DNA of 64,000 bases, taken from assembly GCA_963804165.1 (NCBI GenBank), contig CAWDPO010000046.1:192001-256000 (forward strand), read 5' to 3'. The position numbers and the translations under genes were made by a program. Below are positions 8,753-20,156 of the stretch, piece after piece (position 1 is the first letter of the stretch; every line of letters begins with the position of its first letter). Source of the DNA: an uncultured delta proteobacterium (GTDB lineage Bacteria > Desulfobacterota > Binatia > UBA9968). Below the pieces are notes generated by a model. That model was not told where the DNA came from. It made no database searches and saw only the letters and a list, made by a program, of their open reading frames with translations.

Positions 8753-10876
8753 ATGATCTCGTTTGTTATCGCGATTAGCTGTTTGTCGTTGGCCTTCGCG
8801 GTCTATTTGGCTCGCTGGGTGCTTCAGCGGGACATGGGAACGCAAAAGATGCAGGAGATTTCCAACGCGATCAAAGAGGGAGCCGAAGCATTTATGTCGC
8901 GGCAGAACCGAACGATCATTAGTTTGTCGGCAGCCTTGGCCGTGGTGATCTTTCTCCTCTATGCCTTTGTGCGCACGCCGAGCCCAGCCGATCCGGTACC
9001 ACCGGTGTGGATGGCTTTCTGGACGACACTATCGTTTGTCCTGGGCGCGGCCTGTTCAGTGGTCGCCGGCTACGTCGGTATGTGGGTATCCATTCGCTCC
9101 AATATCAGGACTGCGTCCGCGGTTCGTTCCAGTCTCAATGAGGGCCTTCAGATCGCGATGCGCGGCGGCGCGGTGTCCGGTTTGTTCGTCGTCGCCATGA
9201 GTCTATTGGGAGTCGGCGGCCTCTACGCGTTGCTTGAGTCTCTGGGCCACGATCCGCAAAAGATCCCCTTCACCATTGTCGGTTATGGATTCGGAGCTTC
9301 GTTTGTCGCGCTCTTCGCCCAGCTCGGTGGCGGCATTTACACAAAGGCCGCTGACGTCGGCGCCGACCTCGTCGGCAAAGTCGAGGCCGGCATCCCCGAG
9401 GACGATCCGCGTAATCCCGCGGTGATCGCCGACCTGGTCGGCGACAACGTCGGTGACTGCGCCGGCCGTGGCGCCGATTTGTTTGAATCCACCGCCGCCG
9501 AAAACATCGGCGCGATGATTCTCGGCGTCGGACTTTATCCTTACTTCGGAATCAAAGGGATCGTTTTCCCCTTGGTCGCCAGGGCCCTGGGGCTGATTGC
9601 ATCGATCGTCGGTATCATGATTGTCAAGACCGAGGAAAAGGGCGATGCCATGGCGGCTCTCAACCGCGGCTATTACGTGACGAGTATTCTCGCGATTGCC
9701 GGATTTTTCGTGACTTCCAAAATGCTGCTCGCGGTCGATGTGTCGAGGTATCCTGAAGCTGAGTCCGCGTGGATCTATTTCTTCCTCTGCGGCGTTGTCG
9801 GTATCCTGATGGCGCAGGCGTTCGTTTACATCACCCAGTATTATACTGAGTATAAATACCGGCCGGTCAAAGAAATCGCCGAAGCGTCTAAGACCGGCCC
9901 AGCCACTAACATTATTGCCGGCATCGCCGTCGGTCTCGAGTGTACTGCGATTCCGGTCTTGGTGATTTCCGTGGCCATCATCACCTCGTACTATCTAGGC
10001 CTGGCGAGCGGTGTGAAGAATGCCGGCCTGTTCGGCACGGCTGTGGCAACCATGGGTATGTTGGGCACCGCGGCGTATATCTTAGCTATGGATACTTTCG
10101 GTCCGATCACCGACAACGCCGGCGGTATCGTCGAGATGAGCGGCCAGCCGGAAGAGGTTCGTCAAAAAACCGATCGTCTCGATGCCGTCGGCAACACCAC
10201 CAAAGCTCTGACCAAAGGCTACGCCATTGGTTCAGCGGCGCTGGCGGCGTTCTTATTGTTTTCGGCTTACCTCGACGAAGTCGCTCACTACGGCCACCCG
10301 TTAGAAGTTGTCAACATCGCCAAGCCGGAGGTGTTTGTTGGCGGGTTGCTTGGCGCGATGCTGGTTTTTCTGTTCTCGTCTTTCGCGATTCGCGCGGTCG
10401 GTAAAGCCGCTTATTATGTTATCAACGAGGTGCGCAGGCAGTTCAAAGAGAATCCCGGCATTCTCCTAGGTACGGTGAAACCAGATTACCGCCGCTGCGT
10501 CGATATCGTCACTGTCGGTGCGCTCAAGCAGATGATCGTTCCCGGTGTTCTCGCGGTCATCATGCCTGTAGCCGTCGGTCTCGTCTTCCGTATGTTCGGT
10601 ATTGGTGCGGAGGCGGTGGCGGCTTTCCTGATGGTGGGCACGATCGCTGGAATCCTGATGGCGACTTTCTTCAATAACAGTGGCGGTGCCTGGGATAATG
10701 CGAAGAAGTTCATCGAGAGCGGGCAGTACGGCGGCAAGGGTTCCGATGCTCACAAGGCCGCGGTCGTCGGCGATACCTTGGGCGATCCGTTCAAAGACAC
10801 CGCTGGTCCGAGCTTGCACGTCTTGATCAAGCTGTTGGCCACGATCACGCTGGTCCTGGCGCCGTTGTTCGTTTGA
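8753..10876 (+). CDS. hppA: Membrane pyrophosphatase, K+-independent H+-PPase type
   Basis: DVGADLVGKVE, DNVGD, DNAGG, GDTLGDPFKD; GNTTKA signature. Confidence 0.95.
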   Translation: MISFVIAISCLSLAFAVYLARWVLQRDMGTQKMQEISNAIKEGAEAFMSRQNRTIISLSAALAVVIFLLYAFVRTPSPADPVPPVWMAFWTTLSFVLGAACSVVAGYVGMWVSIRSNIRTASAVRSSLNEGLQIAMRGGAVSGLFVVAMSLLGVGGLYALLESLGHDPQKIPFTIVGYGFGASFVALFAQLGGGIYTKAADVGADLVGKVEAGIPEDDPRNPAVIADLVGDNVGDCAGRGADLFESTAAENIGAMILGVGLYPYFGIKGIVFPLVARALGLIASIVGIMIVKTEEKGDAMAALNRGYYVTSILAIAGFFVTSKMLLAVDVSRYPEAESAWIYFFLCGVVGILMAQAFVYITQYYTEYKYRPVKEIAEASKTGPATNIIAGIAVGLECTAIPVLVISVAIITSYYLGLASGVKNAGLFGTAVATMGMLGTAAYILAMDTFGPITDNAGGIVEMSGQPEEVRQKTDRLDAVGNTTKALTKGYAIGSAALAAFLLFSAYLDEVAHYGHPLEVVNIAKPEVFVGGLLGAMLVFLFSSFAIRAVGKAAYYVINEVRRQFKENPGILLGTVKPDYRRCVDIVTVGALKQMIVPGVLAVIMPVAVGLVFRMFGIGAEAVAAFLMVGTIAGILMATFFNNSGGAWDNAKKFIESGQYGGKGSDAHKAAVVGDTLGDPFKDTAGPSLHVLIKLLATITLVLAPLFV

Positions 10877-10976
10877 TTGCGATTCGTCGACTGGGAGGGC
10901 TTCTCCACCCGGAGGGGCCTTCGCATTTTCCCGCAAGAAATTTTGTGCTAAAAAATTAGGCCGCTGCCCCGCTCCC

Positions 10977-11016
10977 CGCCCGGATGGTGGAATAGGTAGA
11001 CACAAGGGACTTAAAA
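10977..11016 (+). repeat. Left attachment site: 40-bp copy of tRNA-Leu(UAA) 5' half
   Basis: CGCCCGGATGGTGGAATAGGTAGACACAAGGGACTTAAAA identical to 28760-28799; ends at the anticodon loop. Confidence 0.97.
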
Positions 11017-11051
11017 ACCGAACCTCCGGCAAAAATCAAAATTTCAGTGAG

Positions 11052-11084
11052 ACGGGGAGTTAAGCCAACTCCCCGTTTTTATTT
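11052..11084 (+). terminator. Rho-independent terminator just inside left att
   Basis: ACGGGGAGTT-AAGCC-AACTCCCCGT followed by T-rich run. Confidence 0.85.
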
Positions 11085-11185
11085 GTCCTTTCGGCTTCTG
11101 TTCTAACTGTCTGTTTGTTCACATTGTCCAGAAAGTGCTATAAAGGGCGTCTCCGTATGACGTTGTAACATGGGGAACAGGTGAA

Positions 11186-11338
11186 ATGGCCGAGGCTGAT
11201 CAAAAGGCTGATCTCGACTCGATAAACGCCAAGATGGATAAGAACTCGCGCCGGGAGGAGTTGATCAGAGAGCTATCCGATCTCCATGATCTGGCGGAGG
11301 CGCTGGAAGAAACAGCGGCGAGAATAAAAAAAGGCTGA
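11186..11338 (+). CDS. Small helical hypothetical protein (50 aa)
   Basis: AGGTG RBS then MAEADQKADLDS...RIKKG; below ORF-track cutoff. Confidence 0.4.
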   Translation: MAEADQKADLDSINAKMDKNSRREELIRELSDLHDLAEALEETAARIKKG

Positions 11339-12522
11339 ACCGTTCGGCCCAGCCAATCGGAGGCTGGGTCATGATTATCGAGGTTGAATACGCGTTTCTA
11401 AAAAGCGCCGTACATGCGCGGGGGGATCTAAAACAATTGAAATTTTTCTGAGTCGAAACCATACCGGACCAGCAGTTAATCGAAACCAAACTCACCGATC
11501 TGGGCTTACCCTTCGACAAGAATACAATTTCAATCTCCGTTTCTGAGCGCTATAAAGACGCGGATTCGATGAGACAGTCCGGGACACGTGTGACGAAATT
11601 ATAGGTGGGACGGATCGCCACAATGAAAAAAAACCGGTTAAGAAGAATAATAAAAGAGCGGCAAAGGTCGGCGACCGCCTCTTTTTAAGAAGTAAAAAAG
11701 TCAGCCGTCTATCTGATCACACGGAACCATCCGCTGAAAAATCCACCCATCACGGGAGATTCGAATTGAAGGGGCGAAGAGACAAGCAACGGTCCCGCGG
11801 CGGCCCGCGCCTTTATCCGAACTGTTCATGCATTCGACATGTTTAATCCGTATCTCCTCAGGTTGACTGAATGCTGCCATTTCAGTGCGAGATAGCGGGC
11901 GCATTGCGTCAGCCGTGTCATATCGCGTCAAGTTTGGCATCGATGTCATAAAAATCCCGCTTGTTTGACAGAGTCGGGCGGCCAAATTGGCGCCTGGGAC
12001 ATGGTTTTTTAGCGAATTCATACGCTTTGTTGTGATGGCCTAAGCATTGCTCTAGGCAAAGACGCAGAACACCCGAAAACAACCGCCGCATAACCCGATG
12101 GAAGGACCAACCTATCTCTTCTGTGACCACAGCATGACCTTTCGCAGGCGACCGCGACACTGTCACTTCTCCTGGAAACGGGTGTTCTGCGCCATCGCCT
12201 TTGCTGCACTGCCAGCCGCTCTGTTTCTCTAATCGACGCGAACGGGCGAGGGTCTTGGCAACTTCGCTCGCGGCTTATCTGTTCATCATCATCGGCCGGC
12301 GGGTGCTGTTACGGCGGAGTTTTTCAGAAAGCACGCTTGATGTGGTGCGCTTTGTTGAGAGGTTTCCTGTTGATTTTGCACTTCTAGGGTTGCGAGTTTT
12401 CCAATACTCTTCTGGAGAAGCCAGGCATATAGTGGTTCGGCGCTATTGACGCGGATCGCGGGTAACGAGCAAAAATGCAATCGCGTGAAAGGCCCAGCCA
12501 ATAACATGGGAAGCGTAGGGAC

Positions 12523-15500
12523 ATGGGAAACCTCATGAGCATCGAAAGAGATCGGCTTCTCTCCCTCATCGAGTTCTCTCAGCAGTCCGCTCGGTTGCGT
12601 GGCAAACCAGCCGCTACTGTCGCCGCACACGGTCTCTTTGCTCTGTACGAGCACGAAATCCAAGGGCTGCCGGGCATCCGCATAAACGTCAACGGCCCCG
12701 ATAGCGAGGACGAAATTTGGCTTGCCGTTGAGCGGCTGCACGAGACGAGGCCGCCCGATGTTGCCAGCGCGGTACTGCGACCCTGGGTACAGATGACGCA
12801 GGCGCCAACGGAAGAGCCGCGGCTGCGCGAGGCTGCGGATGGTGCAAGTCTGATCGCCGCAGGCACGCATTGTTCATCAGTGAAGCCGCCTGAGCAAGGC
12901 AAGCCTGCCATCGACCCAGAGACGACGATCACGCTTTCCGACTACGAAAATGCCCCTCTAGTCCGGGCCCAGTTTGCTACCTATCTCGCCACGAAGTGGC
13001 GTCCCTGGGCCGAGGAAGAAAAGCGTCGCCGCAGGACCATCCGTCTCTATTCCCAGCTCTTCACGCTGAAGCAGCAGCTCGAGGGCAGCATTGTCGAAGC
13101 GCAGCTCGAGCTCGTCTGGGGCGTGGGCCTCGGCATTTGGAACTCTAATGGCGCCATCGTGAGCTATCCGTTGGTAGGACGACTGGTCGAGATGTCGCTC
13201 AACCCAGTGACGGCCGAAGTGGAAATCCGGCCTCGGGATGTCGATGCTCGCATCGAGGTCGACTGGTACGCATCCGTCGATAACCCTGGCGTTGCCGATC
13301 TGGAGAAAGCGGCGAAGGAGTTCTTCGGGAAGGCTACAACAACTTTTTCGCCGTTTGACCGCGGCACTTTCGAGCCGCTGCTTCGTACGGCGGTTACCAA
13401 CCTCGACGCGAACGGCATCTACTGGCCAAACGAAGTGCCAGCGGAGGACCGGACGCTGCCCAAGGCGGACGACAAGCTCAAAGTCACCGACACGTGGGTG
13501 CTCTTTGCGCGTCCGCGCACCAACAACCTGTTTCTGCAGGACCTGGAAAAGCTGAAGAAACAAGCCGAGGAAGCCGAGTCCTACCCGCCCGCGGTGGCTG
13601 CGGTCGTAACCGACCCAGACACGACCAACCCGGTTGTCGAACTGCCACCATTCCGTGGTGTGTCCGCCTCGTACCACTCGGAGCACAGCGCGAGCAGCAT
13701 GAAGGCGCGCGACCTCTATTTCCCCAAGCCCTTCAACGACGAGCAGGTCCGCATCATCCAGCTGTTGGATATTTCCGATGGCGTCGTCGTGCAGGGTCCG
13801 CCTGGTACGGGCAAAACGCACACCATCGCCAACGTCATCTGCCACTATCTCGCCGAGGGCAAGCGGGTGCTCGTGACCTCCATGAAGGACCCGGCATTGG
13901 CGGTGCTGCAGGAGCAGCTTCCCGAGGAAATCCGTCCGCTCGCTATTTCGCTGCTGACGAGCGAACAGGAGGGGATGAAGCAGTTCGAACACGCCATCCA
14001 TAAGATTGCCTCCGAGGTACAGGGCCTCGACCGCGGCAACACGACGAGAGAGATCAGCCATCTTGAGGAGTCCATTGATGCTCTCCACGGCAAACTCGCT
14101 GGCATTGACCGCAAGATTGGCGAATGGGCGAAACGAAACCTCGCCAAAGTCACGCTGGAGACCGAGGAAATCGACCCTCAGGACGCTGCGCGCGAGGTGG
14201 TCCAGAACGTCGGTCAGTTCGAGTGGATTCCCGACTCGCTTGGAATCGCTCCCGAGTTCGCGCCGCAGTTCTCGGACGCTGATGTTGTGCGGCTCCGCGA
14301 GGCAAGGCGTGCTCTAGGTCAAGACATCGACTATCTCAATTCGTCGCTGCCGCAGCTCGTGGAGTTTCCCGACTCCAAGACACTGCTCGAAGTCCACCAG
14401 GATCTGTCCCAGTTCGAAAAGCTGAAACAGGGCATAGAAAACGGGGACGTTCCGGCGCTCGCCGATTCGAGCCAGGAGACGATCGCTCTCGCTCAAAAAC
14501 TCCTCACGCATATCGAAGCTCTTCAGTGCCTACGCGACGAAGTAGTGCGGGCGCATCGTCAATGGACGGTCACCTTGCGCGAACGGCTGCGGACCGGTAG
14601 GAGCGACAACCTCATGCCGATGCTGGATGCCCTCGGCGCCGAGCTTGAGCAAGCTGTCGAACGGCGCAAGGCGTTTCTTGAGCGGCCGGTTACCACGCCC
14701 GTAGGCATCGAGCTTGATCCCGAGCTCGCGGAAGCTGTGCGGAATCTCACTGAGGGCAAGAGCGCCTTTGGTCTGAAAGGGCTGTTCGGCAGGGCAGCGC
14801 AGAAGGAGCAACTGGACAGTATTCGTGTTCTCGGCAATCCCCCTGCCAACGCCGAGAGTTGGAAGCATGTAGCCGAGCATCTGGCGTTGTTGAAATGCCT
14901 GCGCGAACTAGCCTTGCGCTGGAACGCTCTTGCTCACGAACTTCAGCTCGAAGCGGCGTACCGGAGGACGGGCCGGACAAGTGGCTTGACCGCCGCCCAA
15001 GAGTACGCCCTTTACCTCAAGGTGAAGAAAGTAGTGAACGCGGAAGGCGAACTCTGCGCCGCTGCTTCTCACGTGTTCCCCAACTGGGATCATGCTCGCG
15101 AGGTGGCGGATAACACGCAGCGATTGGCTGAGTTGGAGAGGGCCCTGCGGCACCACCTAACCAAGAACCGGCTCGCCAACGTCTGGGTCACCAAAGAGCG
15201 ATTTCAGAAGGTACTGGAAGGCCGCACCGGCCGCGTCATAGAGAACATTCGCCGGTTTCTCTCCGAGACACTGGGCAATCCAGAGATCGAAGACGCCCGG
15301 ATGCAGGCTGAGTGGTCGGCGCTGATGGCGGAGCTATCTCGCGTGCTGGGTCTGGGTACACATCTCGCCACCGTGCGCGACGTTTGCGAAAAGGTCGAGG
15401 CTTCCGGTGCGCCGCAGTACGCCATGTCGCTCAAACATCCGATTGAGGGTACGGTGGATGGCCTTCTGCCAGACAACTGGCGCAACGCTTGGCGTTTGAG

Positions 15501-17231
15501 GCGTCTGGCCACCTACCTTGAATCGATTGACGCGCACGAAGAGCTAAAGCGGCTGGCGAAGGACCGCCATGAAGTGGAGAGCGATTTGTCGCGCGCCTAT
15601 CGCGACATCGTGGTGAAGCGAACGTGGCTGAAACTTGCGGAGAACGCTTCACCCAGCATCCGGGCCGCCCTGCAGGCATATCTCATCGCCATTCAGAAAA
15701 TCGGCAAGGGCACAGGCAAGCGCGCGGTGCGCTATCGGCAGGATGCACGTATGGCAGCATCGCAAGCGAACCCTGCAGTACCGTGCTGGATAATGCCGCA
15801 CTACCGCGTGTCCGAATCGCTGCCCGCAGAACTGGGCTGCTTTCATCTCGTCGTCATAGACGAAGCGTCGCAATCGGACTTAACTGCATTACCTTCCCTG
15901 TTACGGGCGAAGAAAGTGCTAATCGTCGGCGACGACAAGCAAGTTTCTCCTGAAGGCGTGGGCCTTGAGGAGGAGAAGATCCGCAGCCTCATGAGCCGCT
16001 TCCTCGGCAATCAGGTGGAGACCTATCGCCCGCAGATGTCGCCGGAACGCTCCATCTATGACTTGTACAAAGTAGTGTTCGCCAAGAGCGCGGTGATGCT
16101 GAAGGAGCATTTCCGCTGTGTCGGCCCCATCATCGAGTACTCCAAGCGTGAGTTCTACAATCACGAGCTGCGGCCGCTGCGCTTGCCAAAAGCCTCCGAG
16201 CGTCTCGACCCACCGCTCATTGACGTAGTGGTGCAGGACGGCTACCGCAAGGGCGACGTCAATCTGCCCGAGGCGCGGTTCATCGTCGATGAAATCAAGG
16301 CGATTGTGGCTGACCCTAACATGGCCGGCGCTCCATCGGGGTCGTCTCGCTGCTCGCCGACAAGCAGGCTCTGGCGATATGGGAGCGACTAACGGATGAG
16401 ATCGGGCCGGAACTCATGCAACGCCATCACATCGCTTGCGGCGATGCCCGCACGTTTCAGGGCAAGGAACGCGACATCATGTTTCTCTCCATGGTGTCAG
16501 CGCCTAACGAGGTTGGCGCGCCGCTTTCCCGCGATACCTTCGCGCAGCGTTTCAACGTGGCGGCTTCGCGGGCGAGAGACCGAATGTACCTGGTGCGCTC
16601 AGTGGAACTGGAGCATCTGAGTGAGGCGGACCGGTTACGGCGCAGTCTCATCGGACACTTTGCGACACCTTTCGCGCAGGATGAAATGCGCGTGGAGGAT
16701 CTGCGCAAACTTTGTGAGTCGCCTTTCGAACGCGAGATGTACGACGAACTCACGCAGCGTGGCTACTGGGTAACGCCACAAGTGCGTGTCGGCCAGTACC
16801 GCATCGACATGGTGGTAGAGGGACACAACGACGCTCGGCTGGCGGTCGAGTGCGACGGCGACAAGTACCACGGCCCGGACAAGTGGGCCGACGACATGCA
16901 GCGGCAGCGCGATCTGCGGCGCGCGGGCTGGGTGTTCTGGCGGTGTTTCGCCTCCGCCTTCATCCGCCGTCGGAAGGAAATGCTGGAAGACCTCTTGAAG
17001 ACGTTGGCCGAGCGCGGCATCGAACCAATTGGTGCCGAAGGCGCGCCAAGGAGCGTGCATACCGAGCACCGCGTCGTGTCGTTTGTCGTTGAGGCGGTGA
17101 ATCAAGGTGACTTGAAGCCCGTAGTTGCTGGCAGCGCCCACGCGATACCCCCCGCTGTATCGGCGGTACCGTTTAGTTCAACGAGAGAAGACGTACCTCC
17201 CGCAGAAGTTCCGCTGTATCCGTCAAAGTGA
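12523..17231 (+). CDS. Large Upf1/DNA2-like SF1 helicase with C-terminal Vsr/DUF559-like endonuclease; frameshift near 16328
   Basis: QGPPGTGKT, IDEASQ, VGDDKQ, FQGKERD, RFNVAASRAR, ESPFE..YRID..AVECDG..YH; frame 2 continues SIGVVSLLADKQA into ORF 16416-17231. Confidence 0.88.
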
Positions 17232-17817
17232 CGACAATCGCCATGACCCAGAGCAACGATTGTTCCTTTGGTCGGATCGCGCGATGGCAGTCTGTCATTC
17301 AGCGAAGACTCGGAGTATTCCGGATCGCCCGAAAATGATCCTCGGGCGTCAACAGCACACCGAGCCCTGGAAATCCAAAGCGTAAGAATTCAGGGTCATC
17401 GACTCCAAATCGGCAGTCTATAGAACGGAAACCGGGCAATCCAGTCGTTGAAGGACTGGCGGCCCTCGAAGAAGGATTCAGAACCCTCAATGTTCGCATT
17501 GTAGTCGCGTTGCTCGCGTAAACGTCTACACCGCGGGGCCTGTGGTCGTGTGCACTGATCCAGGTTGCAATAAAGTCGAACGTGTTGACGTGCAGACGTT
17601 ACAGCGCCTTGCTGAAAGTCTTCGAGTCACCTGTCGCAAATGCAATAGCACCGGCTTGGCAAGTGTACCGGAAAGGGGCCGCTCGGCAATTATCTAAAAT
17701 GCCGAGACTGCGGCGAGAATACTTCATGGCAGTTCGTGGCGCAGTATGGGCGAAAGGATTTAAAATGAATACTATTGGTCTAATGTAGTAGTGAGTCCTA
17801 CGAATGGACATTGGATA

Positions 17818-18156
17818 TTACCGCTCTTTTGACATAGGGAAGGTGGCGGAGGCTTGGGAGCGATGGTGCTGCAGCAGGTTCAACGAGATCTGCCCTTCGG
17901 AGTCCATGGCGACGATCTCGCCGTCGACGAGCGTGCCCGACGGCAGAGCTTCACAACCTTTGGCGATCGCGGGGAATTGAGACGTGAAGTCGTTTCCTCT
18001 GCGTGACCACAGGCTCACGCCGCCGGCGTCGTTGCCGGCGAGGCACCGATAGCCGTCGAACTTGATCTCGTAGAGCCAGTCCTCGGGGAGCTTACGGACC
18101 GCGAGCGCGTACATGGGTTCGACAAAGGCGATTTTGGCCGGCAGCGCTTTCGCCAT
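17818..18156 (-). pseudogene. Fragment of ATP-dependent DNA ligase (LigD/LigC-type adenylation domain)
   Basis: EPMYA, WLYEIKFDGYR (motif I), LWSRRG, LVDGEIV; ends before later motifs. Confidence 0.8.
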
Positions 18157-18207
18157 CCGGCATGGTAACGGCTGGGAAATGGGGTTGCTAGAGGGTCGGC
18201 GCCCGCT

Positions 18208-18405
18208 TCACCTACATACGTTCTCAATCCATTTTTCCCCCAACTCCAATCCATAAGCTTCAGCATCCGCCTCACAGGAGAAATTGGCGGTACAAGACAG
18301 CGACAACACGACTGCTCCGTCGTTCGCCCGGACAACGTTCACCACTGGATTTCCGGTCTCTGTCCGGACGGAAATAATGACTCCATTGTAAGCGCTGGTA
18401 GACAT
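18208..18405 (-). CDS. Small hypothetical protein
   Basis: GGAGG RBS, 65-aa protein-like ORF. Confidence 0.5.
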   Translation of the reverse strand: MSTSAYNGVIISVRTETGNPVVNVVRANDGAVVLSLSCTANFSCEADAEAYGLELGEKWIENVCR

Positions 18406-18635
18406 TCGGGATACCTCCCTGTCTTTTTTGTCACGCTTACGACGATCGCCCTATCGCGTTCTGTCTAATATTAGACAAGTCTCAAAGATAATTTACGAGA
18501 GCCGGGGGCTGGTGCGCTGGGGTTTTTATGTGCGCTAGTCCGCGGGGGCCGGTTTTCGGGCTGGCGCCGTAGTTTTCCTAAAAAGTGTCTAATGCTGAAC
18601 GGTACTCTTTGCCAAGATGAGAAATTGTCTACAGT

Positions 18636-19100
18636 ATGAAATACATCTCTTTGTTTCTGATCGGTGTAGCGGCTTCCGGCTGCATCAACCGGGCAACGGC
18701 GACCTTGGCGCCGGGCGCGGGCTTCAGCCACGTAAATACTTTCTACGTCGTGCATCAGCCGCGCGATAAAGAAAAACTCCATCAAATGATCAGCGACAAT
18801 CTCTCCATGAAAGGCTACCGCTCGACCGCCGGGCCGGAGCTCGCCGGAGTCCTACAAGACAGACGCAATTATCACTTACGTGGACAAATGATGTGGGACA
18901 TCACACTGTATCTCCTCGAGCTCACAGTCACGGTGATAGCCCACTGGTCAACCGTTGGCCGTCGGCAACTCCTACCATACGTCCATGACGCGTCTATCAC
19001 CACAAGAAATGATCGACGAGGTTTTGGGAAATATCTTGGGTCTGCGAAGCGCGCCCGTAGGGGCGATGCCGGTCCCCCAGAGATAACGGTTCAACCAGTG
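18636..19100 (+). pseudogene. Lipoprotein, multiply frameshifted
   Basis: Signal peptide with lipobox ASGC; coherent segments (TDAIITYVDK, MWDITLYLLELTV, GNSYHTSMTRLSPQEMIDEV) switch frames. Confidence 0.6.
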
Positions 19101-19499
19101 AAGGATAGTTCTAGGCTGCGCCCCAATTTTGCTAACCAAAGGTGCGAAGTGAAATCATGGCCGGCGCGAGAGGAATGCTCAGGATCGGCCTGGTGCTGAT
19201 CAAACTGACAAGCTTTCAGCAAGTATCCAGACCGACATACTTGACTTATCCCCAGGCCGAAGAACAAACCGGCATTTCGCAGCCGCAAGTTTCCAAGTGG
19301 CGCAAGCGGCTAGTATTAGGCGAAGGATTGAGCGGGACTTCGTCGGTCGCCGGGTTGCCTGCACGTACATTTTAGTCAAGTTTGCTTAAAGATTTCCACC
19401 AAATTTGACGGCTTCTGGCGAGTATTTGTAAGTCCTCAATATATTGGCAATATTTGTCATTATTGATTAGCATTTGACAACCTCCTACAATTGACCTAA

Positions 19500-19851
19500 A
19501 TGATTAAGCCAATCCCAATGCAAGTTACGTTTAACGTGAAACTGCCCGCGCTCGTGAAAAAGGAAAAGCGCGGCCGCAGATATATCTCCTGGTGTCCCGT
19601 TCTCGATGTCTATTCCCAGGGCGAGAGTCGCGACAAGGCTTTAAGTAATCTCTCAGAAGCGCTGCGCCTGTTTTTTGTTTCGTGTTTTGATCGCGGACGC
19701 TAGACCAGGTACTCAAAGAGTGTGGCTTCAAGCCCCTGGAAAAACGTGTTTTTAAGATCCAACGTCGTTTTCCGAAGAAATATGATTCGATCGATTTGCC
19801 TCTGCCGTTTCAAATACCCCCGAAAGCGGATCCCGCCGAGTGGCGCGCTTA
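19500..19851 (+). CDS. hicB: HicB-family antitoxin (frameshift near 19696; end approximate)
   Basis: YISWCPVLDVYSQGESRDKALSNLSEAL, continuing GTLDQVLKECGF in next frame. Confidence 0.8.
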
Positions 19852-20070
19852 ACGCCCGTCAGTTGGAAAAAGCTCAAGTGCGTTTTTGAAAAAGCCGGTT
19901 TCACCGCCGAGCGAGAAGAAGGAAGCCATATCTCAATGATCAAGCCTGGCGTCCTTCGCCCGGTGATCATCCCAAAATACGATTCTGTCGGTCTCGACAT
20001 CATCAAAAACAATATGCGCACTGCGGGATTGAGTCGCGCGGACTATCTTAAATTCTTGGACCAGTGCTGA
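19840..20070 (+). CDS. hicA: HicA-family mRNA interferase toxin
   Basis: FEKAGF..REEGSH..MIKPG..PVIIP..IIKNNMRTAGLS. Confidence 0.9.
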   Translation: MARLTPVSWKKLKCVFEKAGFTAEREEGSHISMIKPGVLRPVIIPKYDSVGLDIIKNNMRTAGLSRADYLKFLDQC

Positions 20071-20156
20071 TTTGTGCAAGTCCTCGAAGCCCTGCGCCGG
20101 CAGCTCGACATACTAAGTGCGCCCGGCCGGTTCCGGGCGATAAACGATCACTCGTC

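Noticed and set aside
10978-11300. Group I intron in tRNA-Leu(UAA), as in cyanobacteria
   Set aside because: The 5' half is duplicated and a complete uninterrupted tRNA lies beside an integrase; no 3' exon or intron core follows. It is an att site.
11449-11451. Selenocysteine or recoded TGA
   Set aside because: No evident SECIS hairpin or redox motif, and TGA is used as a normal stop across the window.
16320-16340. Programmed frameshift in the helicase
   Set aside because: No slippery heptamer; the break falls inside the helicase core and similar indels occur throughout the element.
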